DNA of 63,971 nt, counting the filler, from Octopus bimaculoides (taxonomy: Eukaryota): the NCBI RefSeq assembly GCF_001194135.2. It is 6 parts of 6 records of this genome, joined end to end, with 100 filler letters (N's around TTAATTAATTAA, not from the genome) between each part and the next. Parts side by side here need not be neighbours in the genome. Positions count along the whole stretch, not along the records: positions 1 to 31,522 come from NC_068982.1; positions 31,623 to 43,423 come from NC_069004.1; 4 more parts are not named here. The stretch is one strand, 5' to 3'. Position numbers and translations under genes: made by a program. Positions 27,646 through 38,222 of the stretch are shown here, in pieces (within the stretch, counting starts at the first letter, position 1; every line of letters starts with the position of its first letter). The notes beneath the pieces are model-generated. The model was not told the DNA's origin and did not search any database. It saw only the letters and a program-made list of their open reading frames with translations.

Positions 27646-27959
27646 TAGGTGCTCCATTAATTGTCATGAATTTTTCTAGTCAATATATACATTTATGTGA
27701 GGTTAAGGCCATCGCCATCACATGCAAAGTTTGACATAATTTTCCAATGCAATTGAATTTTTCTTGGGCATTTTTTTGTTAGAGTAGTAAATAATTTCAG
27801 TGCTGACAGGTCAGCTTGGCATAATGACTCATAGCCATGTAAATTATCAATAAGCGTTTCTTTGTAAACTACAAAGTCTTTTACAATATATACATCATAA
27901 TTGTTATTGTTGAAACATCATCCCATCATTGCTTTCTATATTTCTATGGTATCCAGACC

Positions 27960-28355
27960 AGTTGGACAAAATACTTGGCAGCATTTCTTCTAGCTCTTTG
28001 CAGTCTGAGTTCAAGTTCTGCTGAGGTGGACTTGGCCTTTCATCCTTTTGGAGTTGATAAAACAAGTTTCAGTTGAGTACAAGGGTCAATGCAAATTTCA
28101 AGCCTAGTAGAAAGTTTATAATATCCAGACCTATACTGAGTACTTATTAAAGTTTATACACCATAACAAATATGAGTTCTTGATGGCCCATTACTAATCT
28201 GTCTGTATATTTTGAGTTCAAATTCCATGAAGGTCAACATTGCCTTTCATCCTTTTGGGGTCAATAAAATAAACACCAGTTGAATGCTGGGGCTAATGTA
28301 ATTGATTTACCCCCTAGCCTGAAATTGCTGGTCTTGTGCCAACTTTTGGAACTAA
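27960..28355 (+). mobile_element. Two tandem decayed family A SINE copies
   Basis: Repeated gagttcaa...gcctttcatccttttgg motif at about 28005 and 28215. Confidence 0.7.
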
Positions 28356-28359
28356 TATT

Positions 28360-29010
28360 AATTTAGAAGGTTCTGATAAAACACTTGATGGTATGTTTGA
28401 GTGTATACAAATCTTTTGAAATCAGACTAAAAGGTTTTCAATGAGATATTGACAATAATATGACTGATCTTCAAATTCATGAAAAAAACAGACATTCATA
28501 GCATTTAAAAATATTTTCAGAGCAACTTGAAAGGAACAGCTGAACAATTTCCCTTAATATTTACTAAGTTCAAGTCATCTAAAGAAACTGATAGCGTAAC
28601 CTCAGGCAACATAAATTTGGAAATGTTTTAGAGAATTTGAATAATTGTAAAAAGCAACTGATTAGATTACAGCTCAATATTGATGCAAAAGTTTGAAGAC
28701 TTCAGAGCAAAATTGAAAAATAAAAAGCATCAACAGAAGTCAGATAATGCCGAAAATAACACAGGAAAATGTAGAAAATAAGGTTCTGAAAGACTGGAAT
28801 TTATTTCTGAAATGTTCACCTGTTTCAAAAATATTTCAATGGCAATTTTAATTGAATTTTCATCAGCGTACTCTATGGTTTGCATTTTTCTGTGATAAAC
28901 TTTGTCAAGTTAAGTTACAGGACTAGCCTCATTGATGAAACTAGAGTTATAATCTCTTGAAACCACTAAATGTAACCCTGATGTATAAGTATCTGTCATT
29001 GGTCGAGTTT
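28360..29010 (+). pseudogene. hAT (Charlie/SPIN, GTF2IRD2-like) transposase fossil, C-terminal part
   Basis: Decayed peptide SAYS...FSVINFVKLSYRTSLIDET resembles the hAT dimerisation motif STYxCExxFSxMxxxKSxYRxxLxDE; many stops and frameshifts. Confidence 0.55.
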
Positions 29011-30078
29011 TACTGAGAAGAAAATGTTTATTTTCCTTTCTGTCATTTCTTTGTTTTTGTTGTATCGCACATTCGATGCACAATATAATGGGATAATAAT
29101 AACGTCCTCGCAAATCATTCTACTCAAGATACTGGTAATAACCCTTGACAATACACAACTCTCGGCTTTACATAGCTCAAGCTTCTCTTACACTCTCTAA
29201 ATATATCCATTTATATTGTGGCACAGTCCATTAAGAGCCACACAACAGTTTTATAAATGTACACATTTCTTGTGTCTTATTAAGGTATAATGTAACTTAT
29301 AAGTGATGTTATTTTTCTATTGTCTTGTTTAAAAACATTGGTATTATTAATTTTTGTGATACTTGTATAGTACAATAAAATTTATAAATGGTTATTTTTC
29401 AATTGTCATTTTAAAACCATTGATAATTAAAACCATTAATAATAATTTTTTAAACATATTTCCTGAAACGTTTCTCTTTCATTTCAGTTTCTCTGTTTTA
29501 TTTTTCCTAATAGAAAAACACTAAATAAATATAAGTATGAACTTTTCCTTTTTCTAGTGATGAACTTCCCACCAATTTTTATAAAGTGATCACTAATGTT
29601 GGCACATACTCTCAGAAAATTTCACTACCACAACACTATGCAATATCAACTGTCACATTCTTTGAGATTACACTCTTTTTCAAACTTTCATTACAATTAC
29701 CAAAATTCTATTACAGGGATTAGTTACTGCATTGCTTCTTAGACTTGTTAGTGACAGTTAATTTTGTTCAGTTTCCTTGTATGTCTCCACTGTGCTGTTT
29801 TTGTTTCCAACTTTGACCCTCCATAAATCCCAAATTTTATTTTGGTATCTGTGGGAACAACTGCCTTCAAAGAACAACTGTGGGAACAAATGCCGTTCAT
29901 TGCTCGAAATGAGGAGTAGATAGGCAGCCAACAACTGATGAAGGGTCGTTCTTTATGTTACTTGTTCTGTTTTCCATTTGTTTCTCTCGTTTGTGTATTC
30001 AACTCATTTGTTTTTGTATTTCATGCTGTTGACTGTGACATCCCGTACCCATATATGCATATCATCATCATCATCATC

Positions 30079-31165
30079 TGTAATGGGGGTGGATGCTCAG
30101 AGAGTGTTACCACTAGAATAAGAATAGCCTGGGCAAAGTTCAGAAAACTTCTACCCCTACTGGTGACAAATGGCCTCTTGCTCTGAGTGAAAGGTAGATT
30201 GTATGATGCATGTGTGCAAACTGCCATGCTTCATGGCAGTGAAACATGGGCCGTGATTGCTGAAGACATGTGTAGGTTTGAAAGAAATGAAGCTAGCATG
30301 ATCTACTGGATGTGTGATGTCAGAGTGTAAGCACCCTGAGAGAAATGTTAGACATAAGAAGCATCGGATGTGGCATGCAAGAGAGACGTTTGCGTTGGTA
30401 TGGTCATGTACTGTGGGTGGACGAGGAGTGCTGCGTGAAGAAGTGCCACTCCCAAACAGTGGAAGGAATCCGGGGTAGAGGGAGACCTAGAGAAACATGG
30501 AATGAGGTGGTGAAGCATGATCTTCGAACACTGGGCCTCATAGAGGCAATTTCAAAAGACCGAGACCTCTGGAAGTATACTGTGACTGAGAAGACCCAGC
30601 AAATAAAGTATGTTCACAGCTGTAACCTACACCAGTGTCGCATAACCAGCCCACTCAAAAGTACCTTGGAATGTAGGGCAACCTACACCAGTGTCACATA
30701 ACCAGCCCACTCAAAGGTACCTTGGATTTAGGGTGACATGCCGTACTTGAGGAGACTTATTGAGTCAAGTACATCAGCATCAACTTCAATATCAAAATCA
30801 AATCAACTTATAATCAAATGGAAATTGTAGTTGCGACCCCCGTGCTGGTGGCATGTAAAAAGCACCATCCGAACGTGGCCAATGCCAGTGCCACCTTGAC
30901 TGGCTTCCATGCTGTGGCACGTAAAAAGCACCATCCGATTGTGGCCAATGCCAGCTCCTCTGGCCCCTGTGCCAGTGGCATGTACAAAGCACCCACTACA
31001 CTCTCAGAGTGGTTGGTGTTAGGAAGGGCATCCAGCTGTAAAAACACTGCTAGATCAGATTGGGAACTAGTGCGGCCTCCTGGCTTCCCAGACCCCAGTC
31101 GAACCGTCCAACCCATGCCAGCATGGAAAACGGACGTTAAACGATGATGATGATGATGATGACGA
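30079..31165 (+). mobile_element. 5'-truncated RTE LINE with complete 3' UTR and (GAT)n tail
   Basis: GGCSESVTTRIRIAWAKFRKLLPLL, RRLRWYGHV...RGRGRPRETW; ends ggaaaacggacgttaaacgatgatg. Confidence 0.9.
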
Positions 31166-31343
31166 TGACTACATACCACGTTTGATGCTAAAATATATGA
31201 AAAACATGTGAAACTCCACAATCTAGTGCATTCTTATGCAAATATGAACTATTAAGTGTAATGTTTGCATTGATCGATTAAATGGAGCCACTTGAAACAG
31301 CCATAATGCACTGATACCTGGACATCATTGTTACTTATTTGCT

Positions 31344-31374
<31 letters not shown>

Positions 31375-31433
31375 TATATAAAAACAAAAAGATAAAGAGA
31401 GAAAAGGTAAGGTTGAAGAATTTTATGGATAGA

Positions 31434-31482
31434 GTCTTACAGCTGTTTCTGGGAAGATCCAGTACTTCCCTTCATCAGAGAC
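31434..31482 (-). ncRNA. Minimal type I hammerhead ribozyme, palindromic stem III
   Basis: Minus strand: GUCU-CUGAUGA-a-GGGAAG(uacuggau)CUUCCC-a-GAA-ACAGCUGU-A-AGAC. Confidence 0.75.
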
Positions 31483-31522
31483 AGAAAAAATAAAGTAATC
31501 TATTATTATATCCATAGGTGGA

Positions 31523-31621
31523 NNNNNNNNNNNNNNNNNNNNNNNNNNNNNNNNNNNNNNNNNNNNTTAATTAATTAANNNNNNNNNNNNNNNNNNNNNN
31601 NNNNNNNNNNNNNNNNNNNNN
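31523..31621. other. Assembly join spacer (N-TTAATTAATTAA-N)
   Basis: Same 12-mer between about 44 N on each side occurs five times in the window. Confidence 0.95.
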
Positions 31622-31845
31622 NCCCCCCCCAGCATTTATATATCTATATCTATCTATCTATGGCTCCGGCAAGTTAAAAGAATGCCAAAGGTACGCCGTG
31701 TCATGACAGCGATACTGTGATTCGATCTACTCACGATGTGAGACCGATACATACGTATTTACATACACATACCTTATATATATATATATATACATATGTA
31801 TGTATGTATATATGTACATGTATATGTATGTATGTATGTATAAAC

Positions 31846-31891
<46 letters not shown>

Positions 31892-32167
31892 TATGACACA
31901 CGTATATAATGTAAGAATGTGGTTGAGGTGGCTGTGTTACAATATTTAGAAATTAGATAAGAGGCTTTCCATTTTGTTGCGTTTCTCTCTCCATCCACTT
32001 CTGTCAGGCAATTCGTGTCTTTTCAACACACTCTCGCGCCAACTGACATTAAACGATTCACAAACTGTTGGTCGATGTCGCATATCTTCACGTTATTTAC
32101 TTAGCAAATTCTTGCTTTCTCTCTCCTCTCTCTCTCTCCCCTCTCTTTTCCCTTCCCTCATTCTCTC

Positions 32168-32236
<69 letters not shown>

Positions 32237-32632
32237 AAGCTTGCTTACCAACCATATGGTTCCGAGTTCAGTCTTGCTGCGTGCCACCTTGGGCAAATGT
32301 CTTCTAATATAGCCTCGGGCTACCCAAATCCTTGTGAGTGGATTTGGTAGACGGAAACTGAAAACAGCCTGTCGTATATGTGTGTGTGTGTGTGTGTGTG
32401 CGTGCGCGCGCGCGTTTATATGTGTGTATATGTTTGTGCGTCTGTTTGACACCCCAGCATCGTTTGACAACCGATGTTGGTGTGTTTACGTCCCCGTAAC
32501 TTAGCAGTCTGTCAAAAGAGCCGATAGAATAAATACTAGGCTTACAAAGAATAAGTCCTTGAGTCGATTTGCTCGACTAAATGCGGTGCGTTCAGTTCAG
32601 TCAAATGACTGAAACAAGTAAAACAATAAAAC
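32237..32632 (+). mobile_element. Family B SINE, near full length and CpG-retaining
   Basis: Aligns with 20007-20410. Confidence 0.85.
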
Positions 32633-33621
32633 NNNNNNNNNNNNNNNNNNNNNNNNNNNNNNNNNNNNNNNNNNNNNNNNNNNNNNNNNNNNNNNNNNNN
32701 NNNNNNNNNNNNNNNNNNNNNNNNNNNNNNNNNNNNNNNNNNNNNNNNNNNNNNNNNNNNNNNNNNNNNNNNNNNNNNNNNNNNNNNNNNNNNNNNNNNN
32801 NNNNNNNNNNNNNNNNNNNNNNNNNNNNNNNNNNNNNNNNNNNNNNNNNNNNNNNNNNNNNNNNNNNNNNNNNNNNNNNNNNNNNNNNNNNNNNNNNNNN
32901 NNNNNNNNNNNNNNNNNNNNNNNNNNNNNNNNNNNNNNNNNNNNNNNNNNNNNNNNNNNNNNNNNNNNNNNNNNNNNNNNNNNNNNNNNNNNNNNNNNNN
33001 NNNNNNNNNNNNNNNNNNNNNNNNNNNNNNNNNNNNNNNNNNNNNNNNNNNNNNNNNNNNNNNNNNNNNNNNNNNNNNNNNNNNNNNNNNNNNNNNNNNN
33101 NNNNNNNNNNNNNNNNNNNNNNNNNNNNNNNNNNNNNNNNNNNNNNNNNNNNNNNNNNNNNNNNNNNNNNNNNNNNNNNNNNNNNNNNNNNNNNNNNNNN
33201 NNNNNNNNNNNNNNNNNNNNNNNNNNNNNNNNNNNNNNNNNNNNNNNNNNNNNNNNNNNNNNNNNNNNNNNNNNNNNNNNNNNNNNNNNNNNNNNNNNNN
33301 NNNNNNNNNNNNNNNNNNNNNNNNNNNNNNNNNNNNNNNNNNNNNNNNNNNNNNNNNNNNNNNNNNNNNNNNNNNNNNNNNNNNNNNNNNNNNNNNNNNN
33401 NNNNNNNNNNNNNNNNNNNNNNNNNNNNNNNNNNNNNNNNNNNNNNNNNNNNNNNNNNNNNNNNNNNNNNNNNNNNNNNNNNNNNNNNNNNNNNNNNNNN
33501 NNNNNNNNNNNNNNNNNNNNNNNNNNNNNNNNNNNNNNNNNNNNNNNNNNNNNNNNNNNNNNNNNNNNNNNNNNNNNNNNNNNNNNNNNNNNNNNNNNNN
33601 NNNNNNNNNTATATATATATA

Positions 33622-34118
33622 TATAAAAGAATACAAAAATGGGACAAGAATGCGACAGGTGACAACAAAACATCCAGACAGTTGGATGATACAAAAAGGA
33701 CATGATAAAAACAAGGACGGGTCATTCGAAGTTTTCTTTCATCAGTCGAGTTCCAGGTTATCGTTGCAGTTTCGGCTGACCATACTCGAGATTGCTCCAA
33801 TCTGTCCAGCCCCAACGAAGAACTAAGCTAAGAGCACTAGATTCCTTGAAAGAAAGCAACGAATGTATACGAAAACAAGGACGGAAAAAAATACGGATAA
33901 TGTTACACAAATACAAATGTTAACAACAGGTGTCTTTCGACTAAAGACGAATTAAATTAAGCTGGCGTGTGTGTAAGTGAAGCCTTACGGCAGGGAATAA
34001 GAGATGACAGGCATAGGAAGGAATATAGATGTTGCACGGATGGTAGTTGAACCAAGAAAGAAAGGTGAGGCTTGGCCGAACACCGGTCACTTGGAAGGAA
34101 AGGAGAGAGGTAGACGCA
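33622..34118 (-). mobile_element. Unclassified ~500-bp interspersed repeat embedded in (TA)n
   Basis: Complex sequence bounded on both sides by (TA)n; family assignment not possible here. Confidence 0.4.
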
Positions 34119-34271
34119 TATATATATATATAGACACACACATACATATATACATATATATGCATATGTATACACACAGACATATCGGTCGGTTTTCCAT
34201 AAGTCAGAAAAAAAGACACCTAAAGAAAATTTGTGCAGTTATATTTTTATATTGTTGAGCAGTACATTTCT

Positions 34272-34606
34272 TGACGTGTAGCTCAGTGGCGAGAGCATAA
34301 GGCTACAATCATGAGATAGTGAGTTCGATTCCCGGACCGGGCTGTGTCTTGTGATCTTGAGCAAAACACTTTACTTCATGTTGCTCCAGTTCACTCATCT
34401 GTAGAAATGAGTTGTGACGTCACTGATGCCAAGCTGTATCAGCCTTTGCCTTTCCCTTGGATAACATCGATGGCGTGGAGAGGGAAGGCTGGTATGCATG
34501 GGCAACTGTTGGTCTTCCATAAACAGCTTTGCTCGGACCTGTGCCTCGGAGATGAACTTTCTAAATGCAATCCCATGGTCATTCATGACCGAAGGGTGTC
34601 TCTCTC
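34272..34606 (+). mobile_element. tRNA-derived SINE, family E, with near-perfect TSD
   Basis: A box gtagctcagtgg, B box gagttcgattccc; flanks agtacatttct (34261-34271) and agtccatttct (34607-34617). Confidence 0.9.
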
Positions 34607-35570
34607 AGTCCATTTCTAGTTATGGCATATAACTGATCAGATAGTTACCGTTGGTTTCGCGTCTACTATTGCACCTGAACATGCAGACAACTCATGAAGT
34701 ATGGTGGCCCAAAGTGAATACCATCTGATGGTAAATACACAGTCTTGATCAGCTTTGTGTCTCCGGCCAACATGTCCGGTGCGCGTCTGCATTGCCAAGT
34801 GCTATAGTTCACGCAAAGCCAATGGTANNNNNNNNNNNNNNNNNNNNNNNNNNNNNNNNNNNNNNNNNNNNNNNNNNNNNNNNNNNNNNNNNNNNNNNNN
34901 NNNNNNNNNNNNNNNNNNNNNNNNNNNNNNNNNNNNNNNNNNNNNNNNNNNNNNNNNNNNNNNNNNNNNNNNNNNNNNNNNNNNNNNNNNNNNNNNNNNN
35001 NNNNNNNNNNNNNNNNNNNNNNNNNNNNNNNNNNNNNNNNNNNNNNNNNNNNNNNNNNNNNNNNNNNNNNNNNNNNNNNNNNNNNNNNNNNNNNNNNNNN
35101 NNNNNNNNNNNNNNNNNNNNNNNNNNNNNNNNNNNNNNNNNNNNNNNNNNNNNNNNNNNNNNNNNNNNNNNNNNNNNNNNNNNNNNNNNNNNNNNNNNNN
35201 NNNNNNNNNNNNNNNNNNNNNNNNNNNNNNNNNNNNNNNNNNNNNNNNNNNNNNNNNNNNNNNNNNNNNNNNNNNNNNNNNNNNNNNNNNNNNNNNNNNN
35301 NNNNNNNNNNNNNNNNNNNNNNNNNNNNNNNNNNNNNNNNNNNNNNNNNNNNNNNNNNNNNNNNNNNNNNNNNNNNNNNNNNNNNNNNNNNNNNNNNNNN
35401 NNNNNNNNNNNNNNNNNNNNNNNNNNNNNNNNNNNNNNNNNNNNNNNNNNNNNNNNNNNNNNNNNNNNNNNNNNNNNNNNNNNNNNNNNNNNNNNNNNNN
35501 NNNNNNNNNNNNNNNNNNNNNNNNNNACGCACGCACGCACACACTCACACACACACACACACACACACAA

Positions 35571-35628
<58 letters not shown>

Positions 35629-35635
35629 GCATATA

Positions 35636-36486
35636 CAGGGTGCGCTATTTTATATTTTAATTTCCCTCATGCACATTGTTTTTTATTTTGTCGACTACAT
35701 AGTGTAGTAGAGTCAGTTGAGCACCGTCTGTATGAAAATCAGCACCATGACGCAATTCACTCTGCCAGAAATTTGGAAACGACATGCTGTGCTGCTTGGC
35801 GTTCGCACCGGAAGTTCCAATACGAACATTTCAGAGTGTTTGGGTATAAATCTGAGGACATGTGCTGAGAGAGATAAGAAAATCAAACATCCAGTCAACA
35901 TCATGGTGTTTGGATTGATCACTAGTGATGGTGACGTTATGCTTCCATTCATCTTCCCACACGGCCTCCGACTCAACACGGAGGCCTACATCAAGTGCAT
36001 GGAGGAGGTATTGCTGCCCTGGGTCAAGAGGGTGGCTGCTGGAAAACCCTATGTCTGGCAACAGGACTCCGCACCATGCCACACAAGCAGAAGAACCCAC
36101 TCATGGCTGTGAGACAATTTCTGCGACCACATCACTCCTAACATCTGGACACCTAACTCCCCAAACTGCAGCCCCGCCTTGATTATTTTGTGTGGAGTGC
36201 AGATGAGCAAGAGACCAACAAAACTCCTTGTAACACTAAAGATGAACTGAAGGCAAGGATTATGGCAGCATTCACCAATTTAAACAAGGAGACCGTCCAG
36301 AAGAATTGCAGGAGATTCCGAAGTCGTCTGGAGGCCATGGTTGAAGCCAATGGCGATTTTATTGAATTTATTTACTCTTGAGTATTTCAAGATATTTTTA
36401 TGAAATGTTGGTAAATATATCTGTTAAAATAATTTGTTATTTTCATTTTTGCGTAATTTAGACGTCAATTTATTCACCACATCCTG
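35636..36486 (+). mobile_element. Tc1/mariner superfamily DD37D (maT) element, internally deleted
   Basis: TA flanks, weak TIR cagggtg/caggatg; WQQDSAPCH...W.PNSPNC.P-LDY with 37 residues between the 2nd and 3rd D; first D region absent; stop and frameshift present. Confidence 0.85.
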
Positions 36487-36604
36487 TATACACACACACA
36501 CACACACACAATATATATNNNNNNNNNNNNNNNNNNNNNNNNNNNNNNNNNNNNNNNNNNNNNNNATATATATGTATGTATGTATGTATATTATACTTAC
36601 ACGC

Positions 36605-36990
36605 ATATATCTTTTACTTTTTCAGTCATTAGACTGCGGCCATACTGGGGCATCGCCTTTGAGGGTTTTAGACGGTCGAGTCGACCCCAGGACTTATTTT
36701 ATTTAAGCCCTGTACTTATTCTATCGTCTCTTCTGTCGAACTGCTAAGTTACTACAAGGGCGTTAACAAACTAACACCGGTTGACAAGCAGGATAGGGGA
36801 TAAACACAGACATAAAGATACACACGCGCGCACACACATGTACACGCACATGCTCGCGCACACACATACATATATTTGACGGGTTTCTTTCAGTTTCCAC
36901 CTACCAAATCCACTCATAAGGCTTTGGTCGGCCCAAGAAGACAATTACCTAAGGTGTCACGCAGTGGAACTGAACCCAGAACCAAGTGAT
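36605..36990 (-). mobile_element. Family B SINE
   Basis: cttttactt-tttcagtcattagactgcggccat...aaatccactcataaggctttggtcgg. Confidence 0.8.
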
Positions 36991-37074
36991 CGGGATGCCA
37001 GCATTGCCACACCTGTGGACAACAATGGACAGCGATAATATTCAGCTCGCTTTCCCTACACCAGACTATCACGG

Positions 37075-37300
37075 AATATCCATAAATATAAATCTGCAAA
37101 GTATAAACGGAAAGAAGTGGAATAAATTGTTTGCTGGAAATCCGAAATCAGTCTATCGTAGTTTTCCCCAAAATAGCAGAATATCAGTAGAAAAACATTC
37201 CATCAGCAGAACAAGTTGAAATCTATTTGGAAATCAATGTGGGAAAAGAATAATAAATTTAACGTAAAAGCTGAATGGATTGAAGTTTATGTAATTACTA
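37075..37300 (+). mobile_element. R4/Dong-like non-LTR retrotransposon fragment (pre-RT region)
   Basis: NKLFAGNPKSVYRSF...PSAEQVE..WKSMWEKNNKFNVKAEWI fits my recollection of the R4-clade pattern NxLFxxNxKxFYR...P...FWxxIW...HNxxAxW. Confidence 0.5.
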
Positions 37301-38124
37301 GAAGCATTTTAAACAGAAGTTGTACGAAATGGACGGTTCAGAGAAACACATAGTGCAATGTCCTTTGCGGCGATAATGTCTATGTGGTGGCTCGGGGTTT
37401 ACACAATATTCGCCCAATATTTTAGGAAAAAGTAATGAGCACGGCGTTTACTCAAACTATAAATGTTCAATGCGGGTCTATGAGAGGGGTAGGGGGATTT
37501 GAATCGCTACGTCGGTCCCACGCACGGGAATCCTGACTGCCTACCAAATTTCTCCTTACAGACAAAATGAACACCACAAAACCGTTGAATTTTGAGAGAT
37601 TCTTCCATCCTCCAGTAATCCCAAACCAGTCTTGTTCTTCCTGACCAAATTTTTCTCGGTGTTCCAAGGCTATTCTAACTTATTTGCACCCACAATTATT
37701 TCTCAGCGCTTCATAAATTCGATCGCTCGGGTTTAAGAATCATTCGCCTTGACCATCGTTATATCCTACACCATTATTCCACTTTACAGAAAACAATTTG
37801 TAACCCGTATGGAACTTATTTCGGTCTGTGAAGTCCTTGAAGTGCTAACTGAAAGACAAAGAAATTTGATCTACTCTATCAAATCTTAGATATACAATGA
37901 ATTCTATGTTCTTAATCCCTGCTGAGAGTGAAAGAAGGACATTTATTACCCCTACCCATCTCTCTCCCCCTCCCTCTCATGCTTCCACTCACCCCCGCTC
38001 ATATAGGAATTTCATCCGCTCTAAAGTTCTTGCTTTTATTCTTGCTTTCGTATCGTTTTTGTTTTCTTTTTACTTCGCATATCTCTTTCTTTTTAATCAT
38101 AATCACCATCATCTAAGCCGTCAT

Positions 38125-38222
38125 TTTCTTCTTCTTCTTCTTCTTCTTCTTCTTCTTCTTCTTCTTCTTCTTCTTCTTCTTCTTCTTCTTCTTCTTCTTC
38201 TCCTCCTCCTCCTCCTCTTCCC
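38125..38222. repeat. (CTT)n/(CCT)n microsatellite
   Basis: Visible array; source of the poly-L and poly-R ORFs. Confidence 0.95.

Noticed and set aside
33705-33752. Hammerhead-like motif on the minus strand (CUGAUGAAAGAAAACUUCGAAUGACCCGUC)
   Set aside because: GAAA is replaced by GAAUG and no stem I can form.
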